From Anthoceros angustus (taxonomy: Eukaryota; Plantae; Anthocerotophyta): a DNA stretch of 64,000 bases. A model generated the notes under the pieces. The model worked only from the letters and a program-made list of their open reading frames with translations, ran no database searches and was not told the DNA's origin. Shown in pieces: positions 26,270 to 37,300 of this stretch. How positions within the stretch are numbered: position 1 is the stretch's first letter; each line of letters begins with the position of its first letter. A program made the translations under genes and the position numbers. The DNA lies in NCBI GenBank assembly GCA_010909165.1, contig MU008154.1, forward strand, positions 1,105,478 through 1,169,477, written 5' to 3'.

Positions 26270-28253
26270 GATCACCTTTTCACTGTTGGACATGCTATGC
26301 GTCTGCCGTTTATGTACAACGAGTATGAGCACCTGGTTTGCTACTCAACTCTTTGCTTCAATGAAGAAGGGGCTTCTCAAGTGGTGGCAGGTTGTGTCAA
26401 GATAGTGCGGGCTTGTCACTGCATCTGGGGCAGGAAAGGCTGGGCAATTGTTGCGGGCCAGTTGTTTGCTTTTAAGTTTGAACCGTGCACTCGTCCCTGT
26501 CGTGTCTTTGGGCGCTGGTGGAGATGGATTAGGGTGAATGCCGTCTTGTGTCTTCGATTACCATGCCTCCATGGTAGGGATTGAATTGTTGAGGTGTGGC
26601 ATAGTAGTGGGGGATAAAAGTTTGCAGTGTTTTTGGTTTATGGAAAAGTGTGCTAGGCATTTTGACATGGATAGGGTGCTGGTTTCCAAATCGGCACAAA
26701 ATTGCATGGGTTTAGGTAGGACCTTCTACGATCAAGAGACATAGTAGGCCCTCCTCTAATTGGACCGTGCACAGATGGTCCGAACTTTGTCCGAGGTATG
26801 AACTTGTTATCCTTGGAAGTTTGAGCAAATGTATGAAATAGCGCGATGGGGTGAAAGCAGGCCAAAGCGGGCAACTATTGTGCAATGGCCGTAAGCGGAC
26901 AAACCAGTCCATGGTTCAAATCGCAATGTGTATGCTTGCCCATTGGGTGTACGGCGATTGAAGACCGTCGATCCACCGACGCTACCCTAAAACACCAATT
27001 AGCCGACCCACCTCACCCATGGCGGAAAACTATTGTCAACGGACACCGTCCGATCCATGACTTAGATTCGGTAATATGGCGGAGGCGCATTCCACAAACT
27101 TGCGTAAGTGGCAAACGCTTGTTGACGCGATGCGAAAGTGGATGTCGTTCCTCGCGCGGGCACCGCCCTCTTTCCGTGTGTCAGCTCGAATCTGACGCCG
27201 AGGCTAACACGTCATTCCGGTGGCGTCATTTCCGATGCATTGCGATGGTATGTTGTGGCATAGGCGCTCCGGGGGTGGATGCCACAAGGCCGCAGGAGGA
27301 GGAGGCTGTGGGGAATTGAATGGAGGGAGGTGGAGGGGCAAGGGAGAAATCTCGGAGGACTCCGATGGTAATAACATAACGAGGTTGCCTGTGGTTGCGA
27401 GATGGGATTGACAACAATGCTAATAGGCATGATGGGTTGGGGTTGCGGTGTTGAAGGCGTGGTGAGGCAGGCCATACCAAATCATCTATGATTCGGATGG
27501 CAATTTAAATCCGCTCGTGCATGGGCGCCGTCGAAGATTGAGTCGTTTGGGGAGGCGCAAGCTGCGGCGAGGCGGCCACGCCAGGCGAGTTGGCCGAGCT
27601 CATTGTGGAGCCGGAGGCCGGGTTTGTGGGCGGAAAGAAGAGGGTCGCCCGCCGGCGGCAAACCTAAGCCCGGATGCAAGTCGGCGGGGGAAGATGGAGG
27701 GGAGGCGGGAGGCTCGTGCTCCGGCCCGAGGAGCAGTCTGAGCACCCGGCAAACGGGCGAGCACATCCCAAAGGCGGCCTTGGAGCCTGCGCCCGAGTTT
27801 CATCATGGCGACCACTCGATCATCGTTGATTGCTGATGCGACCATGAGTGGCGCCGTAACGCCTGGAGGTCGTGGACAAGGTGCGACCTTAGGTTGCTGC
27901 TGCCCGAGGTGGAGGGCATGTTGGAGAGGATGCCCCAAGTGCCCCTAACATGCAGTGCACGCGTGGGCAGTGCAGTGCGTTCATGGATATCATGAGCGAG
28001 CCTTGACAGGCTGCAATGGGTGAAGGGCTGCGAGACCACCTCCCCTCCTCGTGCCCACCTCTCCCTTTCCCCGCACCTTTCCATTTCATGCGGGGATGCC
28101 TGCTCCACACCTCCAATTCCACAATAGCGCGGTAGCGCTCATACTGCCTTGGCCGTGCAGTGCCTCTTCCTGTGTGCTCCTCCCTCAGTGCGCGAGGCGC
28201 TCCAGGCGGAGGGCCTGGGGGCACAAGAGGATGGACTCTCGACTCTTTCCAGT

Positions 28254-28415
28254 GAGCGGAGAAGGTTGTAGGATTTTTGGTAGGTAGGTGTTTTGAGCGG
28301 AGAAGGTTGTAGGATTTTTGGTAGGTAGGTGTTTTGGCGGAGAAGGTTGTAGGATTTTTGGTAGGTAGGTGTTTTGGAGGAGAAGGTTGTAGGATTTTTG
28401 GTAGGTAGGTGTTTT
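28254..28415. repeat. 41-bp tandem repeat x4
   Basis: Unit GAGCGGAGAAGGTTGTAGGATTTTTGGTAGGTAGGTGTTTT; units 3 and 4 are 40 bp. Confidence 0.95.
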
Positions 28416-29479
28416 GCGAACTTGAACATGTGCTTTTGTGGCTGCAATTGTGCAAGCTTGAGTGATTGCGCACAAGTGTTGGCTTTTCGGTTTGTTTTGT
28501 TGCTTCAAGGTTGTGTTCCACGGCGTTCTAGAGATTCAGATCCTAATGACACAAGTAGATCGATTCACCGTCATTGTGACACCTAAATCGTTGCACTTGA
28601 GAATCTATCCTTTCTCGAGGCGTGAATCTTGCATCACAAGAGGGGTTCCTTCCTTTGAGCCATGAGGGGTCATCGGCGAAATCCTTATCATGTTGCCCAA
28701 GCAAGACCCTTGCACAATGTGAGTCCGCCACGGCGCAAAACGAGAAACAAAGGTGCAGCAGACTAACAACCCGCATGAATACCGGTGTCACTTGAAGATG
28801 TTGTGTGTGGTCAATTTCCTTCATTTGCCGAGGTTGTATGAGCATCCCATTGCGAAATCCTTCTCAATTTGCACGCAAAGCAAGGCACTTGCATTCGATC
28901 GATCTTGGCTGACTCAACAAAAAGTGAAGCAAAGGTGCAACACGCACGCGCTTTGTCCATCACCTAATATGCTAAGTCTCGGAAAAAGCGTTAGAGTTCG
29001 TCCTCACATGTCCGTCTCCTAAGACACGCGTCGCTCACTCTGCGATGCGACATGAGGAAGAGGGTGTTGGATGCTCACAGTATGTGTGCCCGTGGATGCG
29101 ATGCAAATTCACGATCATCTTGTGGTGCAGGCATCCCATACATCCAGCGCAAGCACAACAAAGCATGTTAATCTGAACCACTGAAGCGTAGGGTGCTCCC
29201 CATCCTCTCCTTCCTGCATATAGTAGAAAGCAACATGTGAGCGGAGGTCGGTTTCTCAACCCTCCACCCGTGCCGTGGATGCGGATGCGATACATCTCTT
29301 GATGCGAAAGGTGTCATACATCCAACTACAAGCATAACACAAGCATGTTAGTACTCAAGCACCAAACGTGGGACTACTCCCACATCCTCCTTCACTGCAT
29401 ATATAGTGAAAGCAACATGTGTAAGCGGAGGATTTGCGTCAGTTCTCGTGACGGGCCATACTCAACAAAAGTTCACCTG

Positions 29480-29804
29480 TGTGTATGTGTTGCCCGCCAT
29501 GTTTGTGTGTATGTAGACCCGATGGAAACCCTAACACCGTCATCAAAAAAAGGTCATATGACACCATCCCAACACCGGGCCGATGAGCGTGTGATAGAAT
29601 GTTTTTCCAGCGTCTGAACCCGTGAAGCTGATGTGGCACGTATTATACGTGTATTATACGTGAGTATCAAAAGATTCCGTGGCATATCCTCGTGGCGTAC
29701 ACCCGAAAAAGAAAGTCACACACACACTCCCGTGTGACCAGATCGGTATTCCATACGAGATCGGTATTCCATAGACCAGATCGTCGGTATTCTATACTTA
29801 TGGG
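29480..29804 (-). repeat. Right terminal inverted repeat (copy 1), terminal motif triplicated
   Basis: Contains CCGAAAAAGAAAGTCACACACAC and GATGTGGCAC; GGTATTC(C/T)ATA occurs three times at 29745-29797; ends TATGGG. Confidence 0.85.
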
Positions 29805-30859
29805 GCTACACTCCACATTTATTCGGGCAAATTTTGTAGCTGGACTCCATTGACATCTATACGAGGAAACGGTTACAACATTATGGCAGACCGTTTCGGT
29901 ACCAATAGCTCTTGCGGTCCCCGGCAGAAGGAAGCCTTGCTTGCAACACCTGGTCGAAGGCCGCTTCATGAAATCTGGAAAGTGCATTCTCGCCGACATG
30001 CGTATTCCTGCAGATCTCTTGCTGCCGCAGCGACCTGCGCGATCAGCTTCTCGGGGGTGCTCTGCATCCTTCATTTCAATGTACGTGAAGTTCAGAATGG
30101 CTCCAAATTTTGCAAAGAGGAAGCGATTGGAAGGTAGCCTTCCTGGTTTCACTGTTGTAGTAACCAGCAGTCACTTGCTGCGTGGGAGGCCCCAGACGTC
30201 TTTTCCGACACTGCTTGCTCGAGTATTCAGGCTTTCCAGCATATACTGCACAGAAATGGTAGAGCAGTGATGTAAACGCGTGATTCAAAGCTGCGACAGT
30301 TACAAGCAACTGACAAACTTCGGCATACACTGACCTTGTTGTCCAAGATACCAGAAGCTCCCACTCCAACTCACTACGATGACATCGCCAATCAGCTCTC
30401 ACTGGTATGAGCGTTAAATGCACTCACTCATATGTTAGGGATGCTGCTCTTACCCGCGCAGGGCCGTATTCTCAGGGCCAGTGGAGACTGCTCCTGAGAC
30501 AGGGCTGATCAATTCGAGCTCTGTCGCTGTTACCAGTTCTGAGAGATTTGCCTCAGGAGCCTGTGGCCCAGAAATTTGTGGAGCCTGCAAGGAAATTTGG
30601 TAGAGGAACCTGTGGCACACAGCACAAAGTGAGGATGTAGTGGGCATCTTGTAGAGCAGGAGATCTGCTGTGAATACTGTTTAGGAGCGGGTTTTACCGC
30701 CAGTAGCGTAGTCGCGGGTAGGTAGCTAGCAATTTTGTATATCCATTCTTTCGCACTGATGGTTGTAATATTTACATTGGCAGTCTCGGTGGAGATGGGA
30801 GTGAGCGCATTGCCTGTTCCAGAAGCAAAATATGTTCAGAGTCTAGTCGAAGATGATAA

Positions 30860-32648
30860 TTAACTGCTGTGTTCCATCTCGACAGTTGCAGGTATACACG
30901 AGCTTGCTGCTTTAGGTTGAGCCCGTGAGATAGTTGTCACAGTGTGTGAAGAATCTACCCACTCCTTTCCACATAGATAGCAAAAATCAGCACCACACCT
31001 GGATCAGATTTTTGGGTTAGATTCCACTCGAGACAATAGCAACCTACAGTAAACGCCGAGGGATACGTGGTGTGCGTCTTACCTGCAACTCATGTGGAAA
31101 CAACCATCAACGCGCTCTACCATGCGCTGGCACTTGAAGCAGCGTTGCCACTTTCTCTGGTTGGCAAGAATGTCCAACCTCATATCCTCCATGGTCGTCT
31201 CTCCTGATGCCAAATCTCGAAATTCCTGGCAAGTCAGGTCTGCATGCCAGGGGACCTGATTCAGAAATGCAAAAGGGTCAGAGGACGATCAGTTCAACAA
31301 TAAATACTCCAGCAGGGCCATTGTGAACAGACCTACCTGACACTCAAGGCAAAAGAGTCTGTGACAGGTGGAACATTCAACAGCTCCAATAGATGTACTG
31401 TGAGGATGAGACAGAAGTGCATGACATGGTGGAAGAATCAAACACTGGTTTGAGACACAAGGCGGAACAGTCCTTAAAGGGCAGTAGCTTCGCTCCTCTC
31501 CTGGAATGGCTTCTTCAACTTGCCGGAGACAGAAGACTTGGAATGAACCTGCATCGAGCAGGTGGCTGCACTCATAACTGGTCAGAGCCTCCCGGCACTT
31601 GGGCTCAGGACACGAAATCGTCACTACGCCCGACTTTGCTTGTGCCTCGGCATACTGGTGGAGACAGTCAGTGCAGAAGTCGTGTCCACATCTGTGGAGC
31701 TTGAGAAATGTGTCTGGGCGGACTACTTTGAACTCCAAACAGATGCTGCAACGTTCCATATCCTCGATAAGGCAGCTTGGACTGGGAACCTCTGAAGCCA
31801 TATACATGTACAACAGTTAGTAGTGCATTGCAGCACATAAAAGACATACATGCTCGCATCATTCCACATTTACCTGCAGCACGGGGCGCCTGCTCCTCCA
31901 ACTTAAGTTCAGCAGGCCAGAATGAAGGGCCTGCAACGTATCTGTGATCCTCAAAGAAAACCTTAGACAGCACCATGGGCTCCCACACGGAGTTCGCAAC
32001 GACGAATTCCGTCCCTCGCCTTCTACGCTGGCTCCGAACGAAATCCTCCCCAGCATCTTGCAGATGCTCAGCGAAACGCCGTTTCAAGCGTTCCGTCAAA
32101 CTCCCATGTCCCCATTGCCTAAATACGGGTCCGACAGTTCCTCCCCACTGGCCCCTCCTGCTCGGGGACAGACGCCAGCCTCAGGCGAACTCAGCGTCGT
32201 GCTCAACAATTTCGTCGATTTCCAAGAACCGTGACTGCTCTTGAGCGGCAAAGCTGCTGTCATCCAATTCCTGGTTAAGCGTCTCCACCTCGCGCGTCTG
32301 CTCCAGGAGAACAACGTGCCTGTCTGCAGGCGCATCCCGGCTCCTCCGCAGCATTCAATTTGGGATACAAACCAAGAAAAGCGATTGCAAACTGGAGGCA
32401 GAACAGGAAGGCTGCTCCTTTTCTTTTCTTACCCTCCGAGAGCAGTCCAGGCTGCGCGCTATCTTCACTGGCCGCGAGCATCAACGGCCCGTCCGCAATA
32501 CATGGCCGAGATCCTCACCGCCTCTTCCAGCTGCAGGAGGTAGGCAAACTCCAAATCCGAGACTTCCTGCAGGACACGAGACATTTCCTTTGCTTGCAAT
32601 TTCATCAGCTCTAAATCGTCGTCTCCATTACGCTCCATGATCGCCATC
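30860..32648 (-). CDS. RBR-type (RING1-IBR-RING2) E3 ubiquitin ligase, plant RSL1/RNF144/217-like; multi-exon, with apparent frameshifts
   Basis: N-terminal SDLEFAYLLQLEEA and EHDAEFA; RING1 CSIC..CGHDFCTDC..CPEPKC; IBR YCP..ECSTCHRLFCLECQ|VPWHADLTC; RING2 WQRCFKCQRMVERVDGCFHMSCR|CGADFCYLCGKEW. GT-AG introns at 31336-31256 and 31082-30999; further introns are likely at ~31872-31793 and from 32432. The 3' end is uncertain. Confidence 0.9.
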
Positions 32649-33063
32649 CCCTCCAAGCACCAATCTCGAGCGTAAATTTCAGCTGGCCGGATGTGAGTCC
32701 CCCTCGTGATCTCTCTTTCATTCCGTCTGACAAACGATAACATACAAGTTAGGGCCACCTCCACCGGCTCACAACGTCTCAACGTCTCATGTTTATGGTA
32801 AAGTTCTGTTTAACGCCATCTTTTGATGCTGTGCGCTTGTGACTTCTCTATCTTGGACTTCGAGCTCCTTGGGCAACGACAAATCAATTCCTACAGTTTG
32901 GATTTCTCATCTTCAGGATCATGTTTTGTTTATCTACAAACACCGGATTCCCCTACTTCTAGTAGTTCATCAGGCCAAGCTCAATACATTACAGCGTACT
33001 TTTGTGGGTAGCATATGATTCTAGGCTCCCTCCACCTGATGCATGTTCTTCACGAAGGACACG

Positions 33064-33169
33064 AAGATGTTCAATTCTCAGGTTCATATAAATCCTCACA
33101 CATGCGTATGAGCAACACAAAGATGTCAATTCTCAGGTTTATATAAATCCTCACACATGCGTATGAGCA
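33064..33169. repeat. ~50-bp direct repeat pair upstream of the RBR gene
   Basis: AAGATGT(T)CAATTCTCAGGTTYATATAAATCCTCACACATGCGTATGAGCA at 33064 and 33120; each contains TATAAAT. Confidence 0.85.
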
Positions 33170-33428
33170 TATGTATGGAATACTGAAGTCGTCATGGGGT
33201 GGCTTGTGTATGAGAAAAATTTTTTCTCCAGTATTCTACACTTAGATGCCTCGGCATCTTCAAGATTCCTTCGTCTTATACGGGCCACATCATTGCATGA
33301 CGGGCCGTATGTAGCAGAAAACTTTAGTCTCACAACTTGGGCTCGGGTGTTTGCATGTTGTCATCCAGGTTTTTTCTTGGTGTTTATGGTTTTTCTTACA
33401 CACAGACACATGATACCGTTCCATACAC
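33170..33428. mobile_element. Small relic or MITE-like derivative related to the element's terminal sequence
   Basis: Begins TATGTATGGAATAC, shares GTATTCTACA..GCATCTTCAAGATTCCTTC with 1557-1594, and ends with inverted TTCCATACA at 33419-33427. Confidence 0.5.
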
Positions 33429-33889
33429 CGTTTATGAATTTAATCTCTTTCAGATACAATACTAGATCCTGATAGCTTGTGTATTATAAATTAATTCTAT
33501 ATCATCCAAGCAAGAAATGAAAGGCAAAGGAGGATCATTTTAGGGTTTAGGCCAATGAGGCTCCACCAGCACCTGGATAAAGGATAGCGGGTTGGGCGTT
33601 CTGTAACGTTCTCACCAAGATCATGAAACACAACCCACACTTTGTAGCGCCAATGCTCTCTTGAAGGTGAGCGTAATGACAATGTGGATAAGCGAGATCT
33701 TCCACAAAGAAGGCAAGAAGGCGAGATGATAGGCAAGATAGGTTAGACCACTAGAACATCCATGGCCCGGCAACAAAGAAAAAAGTGAGGTAAGGACTGC
33801 ATCTAGCACAGTCGTCAGAACCACCTTTCAAACCAAGCTGAAAAATTTGGTGGGCCATCAAAGTTTTCTTTTTGATGATGAAGTGGAAA

Positions 33890-34482
33890 TAGAAATTACC
33901 ACATGCTTGTACTTCCTTTGTGAGGCGATGGATACTGTTGTCGGAAGAAAGTATCCACACGGGATAGAGGAAGATCTACCTCATTCTTGTAGGTGTGGTA
34001 AGCTTTAGCATAAGCCTTGATAAATGTACCTCAAAAATTCCTTGCCCATGACCCAATGAGTCTCGATAGCAAGGGGAATGCTTTCTTCATAGGGCTTTAC
34101 TTGTGAACTTTGGCCGTTGCGTATCCCTCCACCACCTAACCCGGAGGATTGATGCTGACGTGCTTGCATACTGTGTCCCGATTAGGGTTTGTTTCAACCA
34201 CATTGCAACAAAGATATGTTGCCCTTGGGTCAAAAATATGTAAGCTCTAAGAGAAATACCGTTGGGCAAAATATATGGGCGCTCCCTGTAAGGAACGAAT
34301 CCACGCTCCCTGGTCATCGAGAACCTGACACCTCGGATGGCATAGTGTGTTTCAATGCATTGCCCACCAATTGCATATTGAGCTAGATGGGGTCCTAGAG
34401 TTGTCAAGGGGGCCCCAAAGTTGCAGGTCGTGAAAGAACAGGCCAGAGGTTGGGTCATGCCTAGGCGAAACCTATCACACAT
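33890..34482 (-). mobile_element. Degenerate 3' fragment of an RLE-type (CRE/SLACS-like) non-LTR retrotransposon
   Basis: RLG..TC..G..GPHL..GG..THYAIR..RERG.V.RE..ILP resembles a decayed CCHC knuckle plus endonuclease start. In a shifted frame, IPLAIETH..G.EF and VSIASQR follow. Confidence 0.6.
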
Positions 34483-34880
34483 AAACCGTAGGATATGTTT
34501 TCATCTAGCTGAAAAAAATCTCAACTCCGTGCACATATAGCACAATACTTTAACTTAAAGATATCTATCAAACACATACACACAAAAACTATAAAAAAAT
34601 ATTTGTGTGCATTATTTTTTATTTAACCAAAAAAATATATCAACTTCGTGCATATATAACATATGCTTTAATTTAAAGATATCTATCAAACAAACACACA
34701 CACTAAGATATATTTATCTGCATTTTTATTTTTTTTAGCAAAACAAAACATCAACCTTTGTACACATATAGTAGAAAAGAAGATTTTACTATTAAAAAAA
34801 ATGGAAAAAACCCATCCATCCCAAAAACAAAGGGGAAACATATAGCACTTGTAGGGTCCACAATATAGTTGATGGATTGT

Positions 34881-35170
34881 CCCTTATGTATGGAATACCG
34901 ATCTGGTCACACGGGAGCGTGTGTGTGACTTTCTTTTTTTTCGGCGTACGGTATGGGAATATGCCATGGTATCTTTTAGATACTTATGTACAATACACAT
35001 ATAATATGTGCCACATCAGCTTCTGTGCGTTCGTACGCGGGCAAAAAACTTTGTATCACACGTTCATAGGCCTGGTGTTCCGATTGTGCCATGCAGATGT
35101 ATTCTTTAGGGTTTCGGTCCCATCAACACACATACATGTTAAACATGTGGGCAAGACATACATACACAAA
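34881..35170 (+). repeat. Left TIR (copy 2)
   Basis: GTATGGAATACCGATCTGGTCACACGGGAG is an exact reverse complement of part of the copy-1 right TIR. Confidence 0.85.
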
Positions 35171-35342
35171 TTTTAGTTCGCAAGTATGGCCCGTGTGCAC
35201 GGTTCCCATTTGCTCAAGGCCTCGATCTCGCGGTCTCGCTTTCGCCTCGCTCTCGCTCTCGCATTTGTCTGGCGCTCTCGCTCTCGCATCTGTCTGGCGA
35301 TCTCGCTCTCGCATCTGTCTGGCGCGACCATCGGTAGAATAT

Positions 35343-35481
35343 GCATGCTCACAATCGAGACAGATTCGGCAGCGGCATCTCATGGCATGAACATGCCATG
35401 TAGTCCAGCAGGCATGCTCACAATCGAGACAGATTCGGCAGCGGCATCTCATGGCATGGACATGCCATGTAGTCCAGCAGG
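35343..35481. repeat. Subterminal 69-bp tandem duplication with an internal palindrome (degenerate counterpart at 841-968)
   Basis: GCATGCTCACAATCGAGACAGATTCGGCAGCGGCATCTCATGGCATG(A/G)ACATGCCATGTAGTCCAGCAG occurs twice. Confidence 0.85.
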
Positions 35482-35507
35482 CCCTTTGATGCGGCAGCCA
35501 CGCTGCG

Positions 35508-37300
35508 AGCTTTTTGGGTGCATTGTATGTATGCGACTATTTTCATGAAATCCCTTCTACATTGGTCTTTTCGGTACAAGCTTGTTTTGGTAGTTGGTGC
35601 TATGTGGCACCCGTAAGCGGCGAGCCTAGGAAGCGTTGCAGCCACAGATGTAGCGATTGCCAAACACCGCAGCCTTGCGTAGCAAGCGCAAACGCGCCGC
35701 CGTCATGGATGATGATTGCAACGCAAACCCAATTGCATATGATAAGCGCAGTAGCCTTCGCAACCAACCCTAACAAATTATGGATGCCGCGATTGCGGAT
35801 ATATTATGGCCGTAATGGCGGCACGCAAATGACCTCAACGCAACCCTAACCCCAAAAGAAGAAAAATTTCTGTGTGTCGTAGAATCATTTTGTGTACCAT
35901 GGGATAGGTTCACCACATCGTCATGCATGACATGCCGAAATAGTTTCGCCGTATGCGGCGGGACTATTCTTCTGTGATGCTTGGCGTGACGGTATGGAAT
36001 CGATCTGTCACTAAGCGGTGTGTGTGACAAGTTTTTTCTTCTGTATTCTACATGAAGATGCTGCGCATCTTCAAGATTCCTTCATCACATCGCGCCACAT
36101 TAGCGGGACGGGCGTGGCGCCACACTTGTCCCCCCCTAGTTCGATCTCGTCATCCACTTTTCTTTACGCCATTTAGGATTTATGTCAAACACACATACTC
36201 ATGTTTAGGGTTTTCACGCACACATGGACATATATATCGGATCGGACATGTCTCGGCCCGGTGGAAGCCCCGGTGGGCATGCTAGTCGTTCAAGGCTGCG
36301 TTTCCCTTTTCACCGTCGCGTGGCCCGGATGTTAGCCTCGAACATGCTCGATCCGGTGTGTTACATCCTTTTGGCACATATAGGCGCCGCAGATCGCCGC
36401 GCTAGCCCGGCCGAGGCGTACATGGCGCCTCAGGCTGCTCGCCACAAAGGCTGTATGGCTGCAGCGATGGCGCTCGGCGATGGCTCTCTATCGCCATAAT
36501 TCCCTATATGGCCCGGGCGAGATGGGGTCATGCGAATGGATGTCGATGGCCCATGCCACGGACCCTAAAAAAGAAAACCTTGTGTCAAAACCTAAAAGAA
36601 TCTTCACACACACACGAGCTTAGTGGCGAGATCGGGACACGATGGGCGGGCGGCCGATGTCGTCAAGTGTGTGACAGAGTTTCCGCCGTATGCGGCGAGA
36701 AAACTCTTTGTCCTCATAAAAAACCCTAAAGGGCTTCAGCGAGATTATGGAATACCGGGCGGTCACGCAGCATCCGGATATTTTTAGGGTCATGATGAGA
36801 AGAAATAGTCCGCCGCATCTGGGGCGGAACTATTTCGGCATGTCATGGATGACCACATCGGTTGTGCGGCCCCGGTGTCTGCGATGTGGTCAAGCTACCA
36901 CATGATACAGAATGATTCGACCACACATGATTCGACCACACGAAACTTTTCTTCTTTTAGGGTTAGGGTTGCGTTGCGGCCATTTTGCGTCGCCGCGCCA
37001 TTGCGACGCAACATACCATGTCACGACAGCGGCGCACAAGGTGTAAGGGTTGCGGCGGTTGCGTTAGCGCGCTTCGCTATCAATGGCGTTTGTCTTTGCA
37101 ATTATTTGTGTTTGCGGTAGCGGCTTGTCGTTGCCCTTGCGTGGAAAGGCGCCTTTGTTTGCGCATCCACGGCAGCGTTCTGCGCGTGCGCCTCTACTGA
37201 TGCGGTTTCACATAGCACCAACTTTCCCGATACAAGCTTATACGGGAGGACCAACAAACACGGGCTTCCATGAAAGCGATCGGATCCTTGCACCCAAAAA
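35508..37300. repeat. Internal long inverted repeat, copy 2
   Basis: TTTTTGGGTGCA (35511) pairs with TGCACCCAAAAA (37289); the other paired blocks match copy 1. Confidence 0.75.

Larger units (their letters stand above)
384..29804 (-). mobile_element. Giant CACTA/EnSpm (CMC) DNA transposon, ~29.4 kb, copy 1
   Basis: Left end CCCTTATGTATGGAATACC and reverse-complemented right end CCCATAAGTATAGAATACC start ~300-bp imperfect inverted repeats. TnpD and TnpA-like remnants lie inside. No clean TSD (flanks ..TTGT | GCTA..). Confidence 0.85.
1..34489. repeat. Tandem segmental unit, copy 1 (~34.5 kb: AT-rich flank + giant CACTA-like element + RBR gene + retro fragment)
   Basis: AGGATATGTTTTCATCTAG at position 1 recurs at 34490, and colinear similarity continues to the window end. 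The boundary given is only the phase set by the window start. Confidence 0.9.

Noticed and set aside
28254-28415. CRISPR array
   Set aside because: The units are contiguous with no unique spacers, there are no cas genes, and the context is eukaryotic.
34490-34880. LTRs, or an independent second insertion
   Set aside because: The direct repeat spans the whole unit including the flank, and there is no gag-pol, PBS or TG..CA structure.
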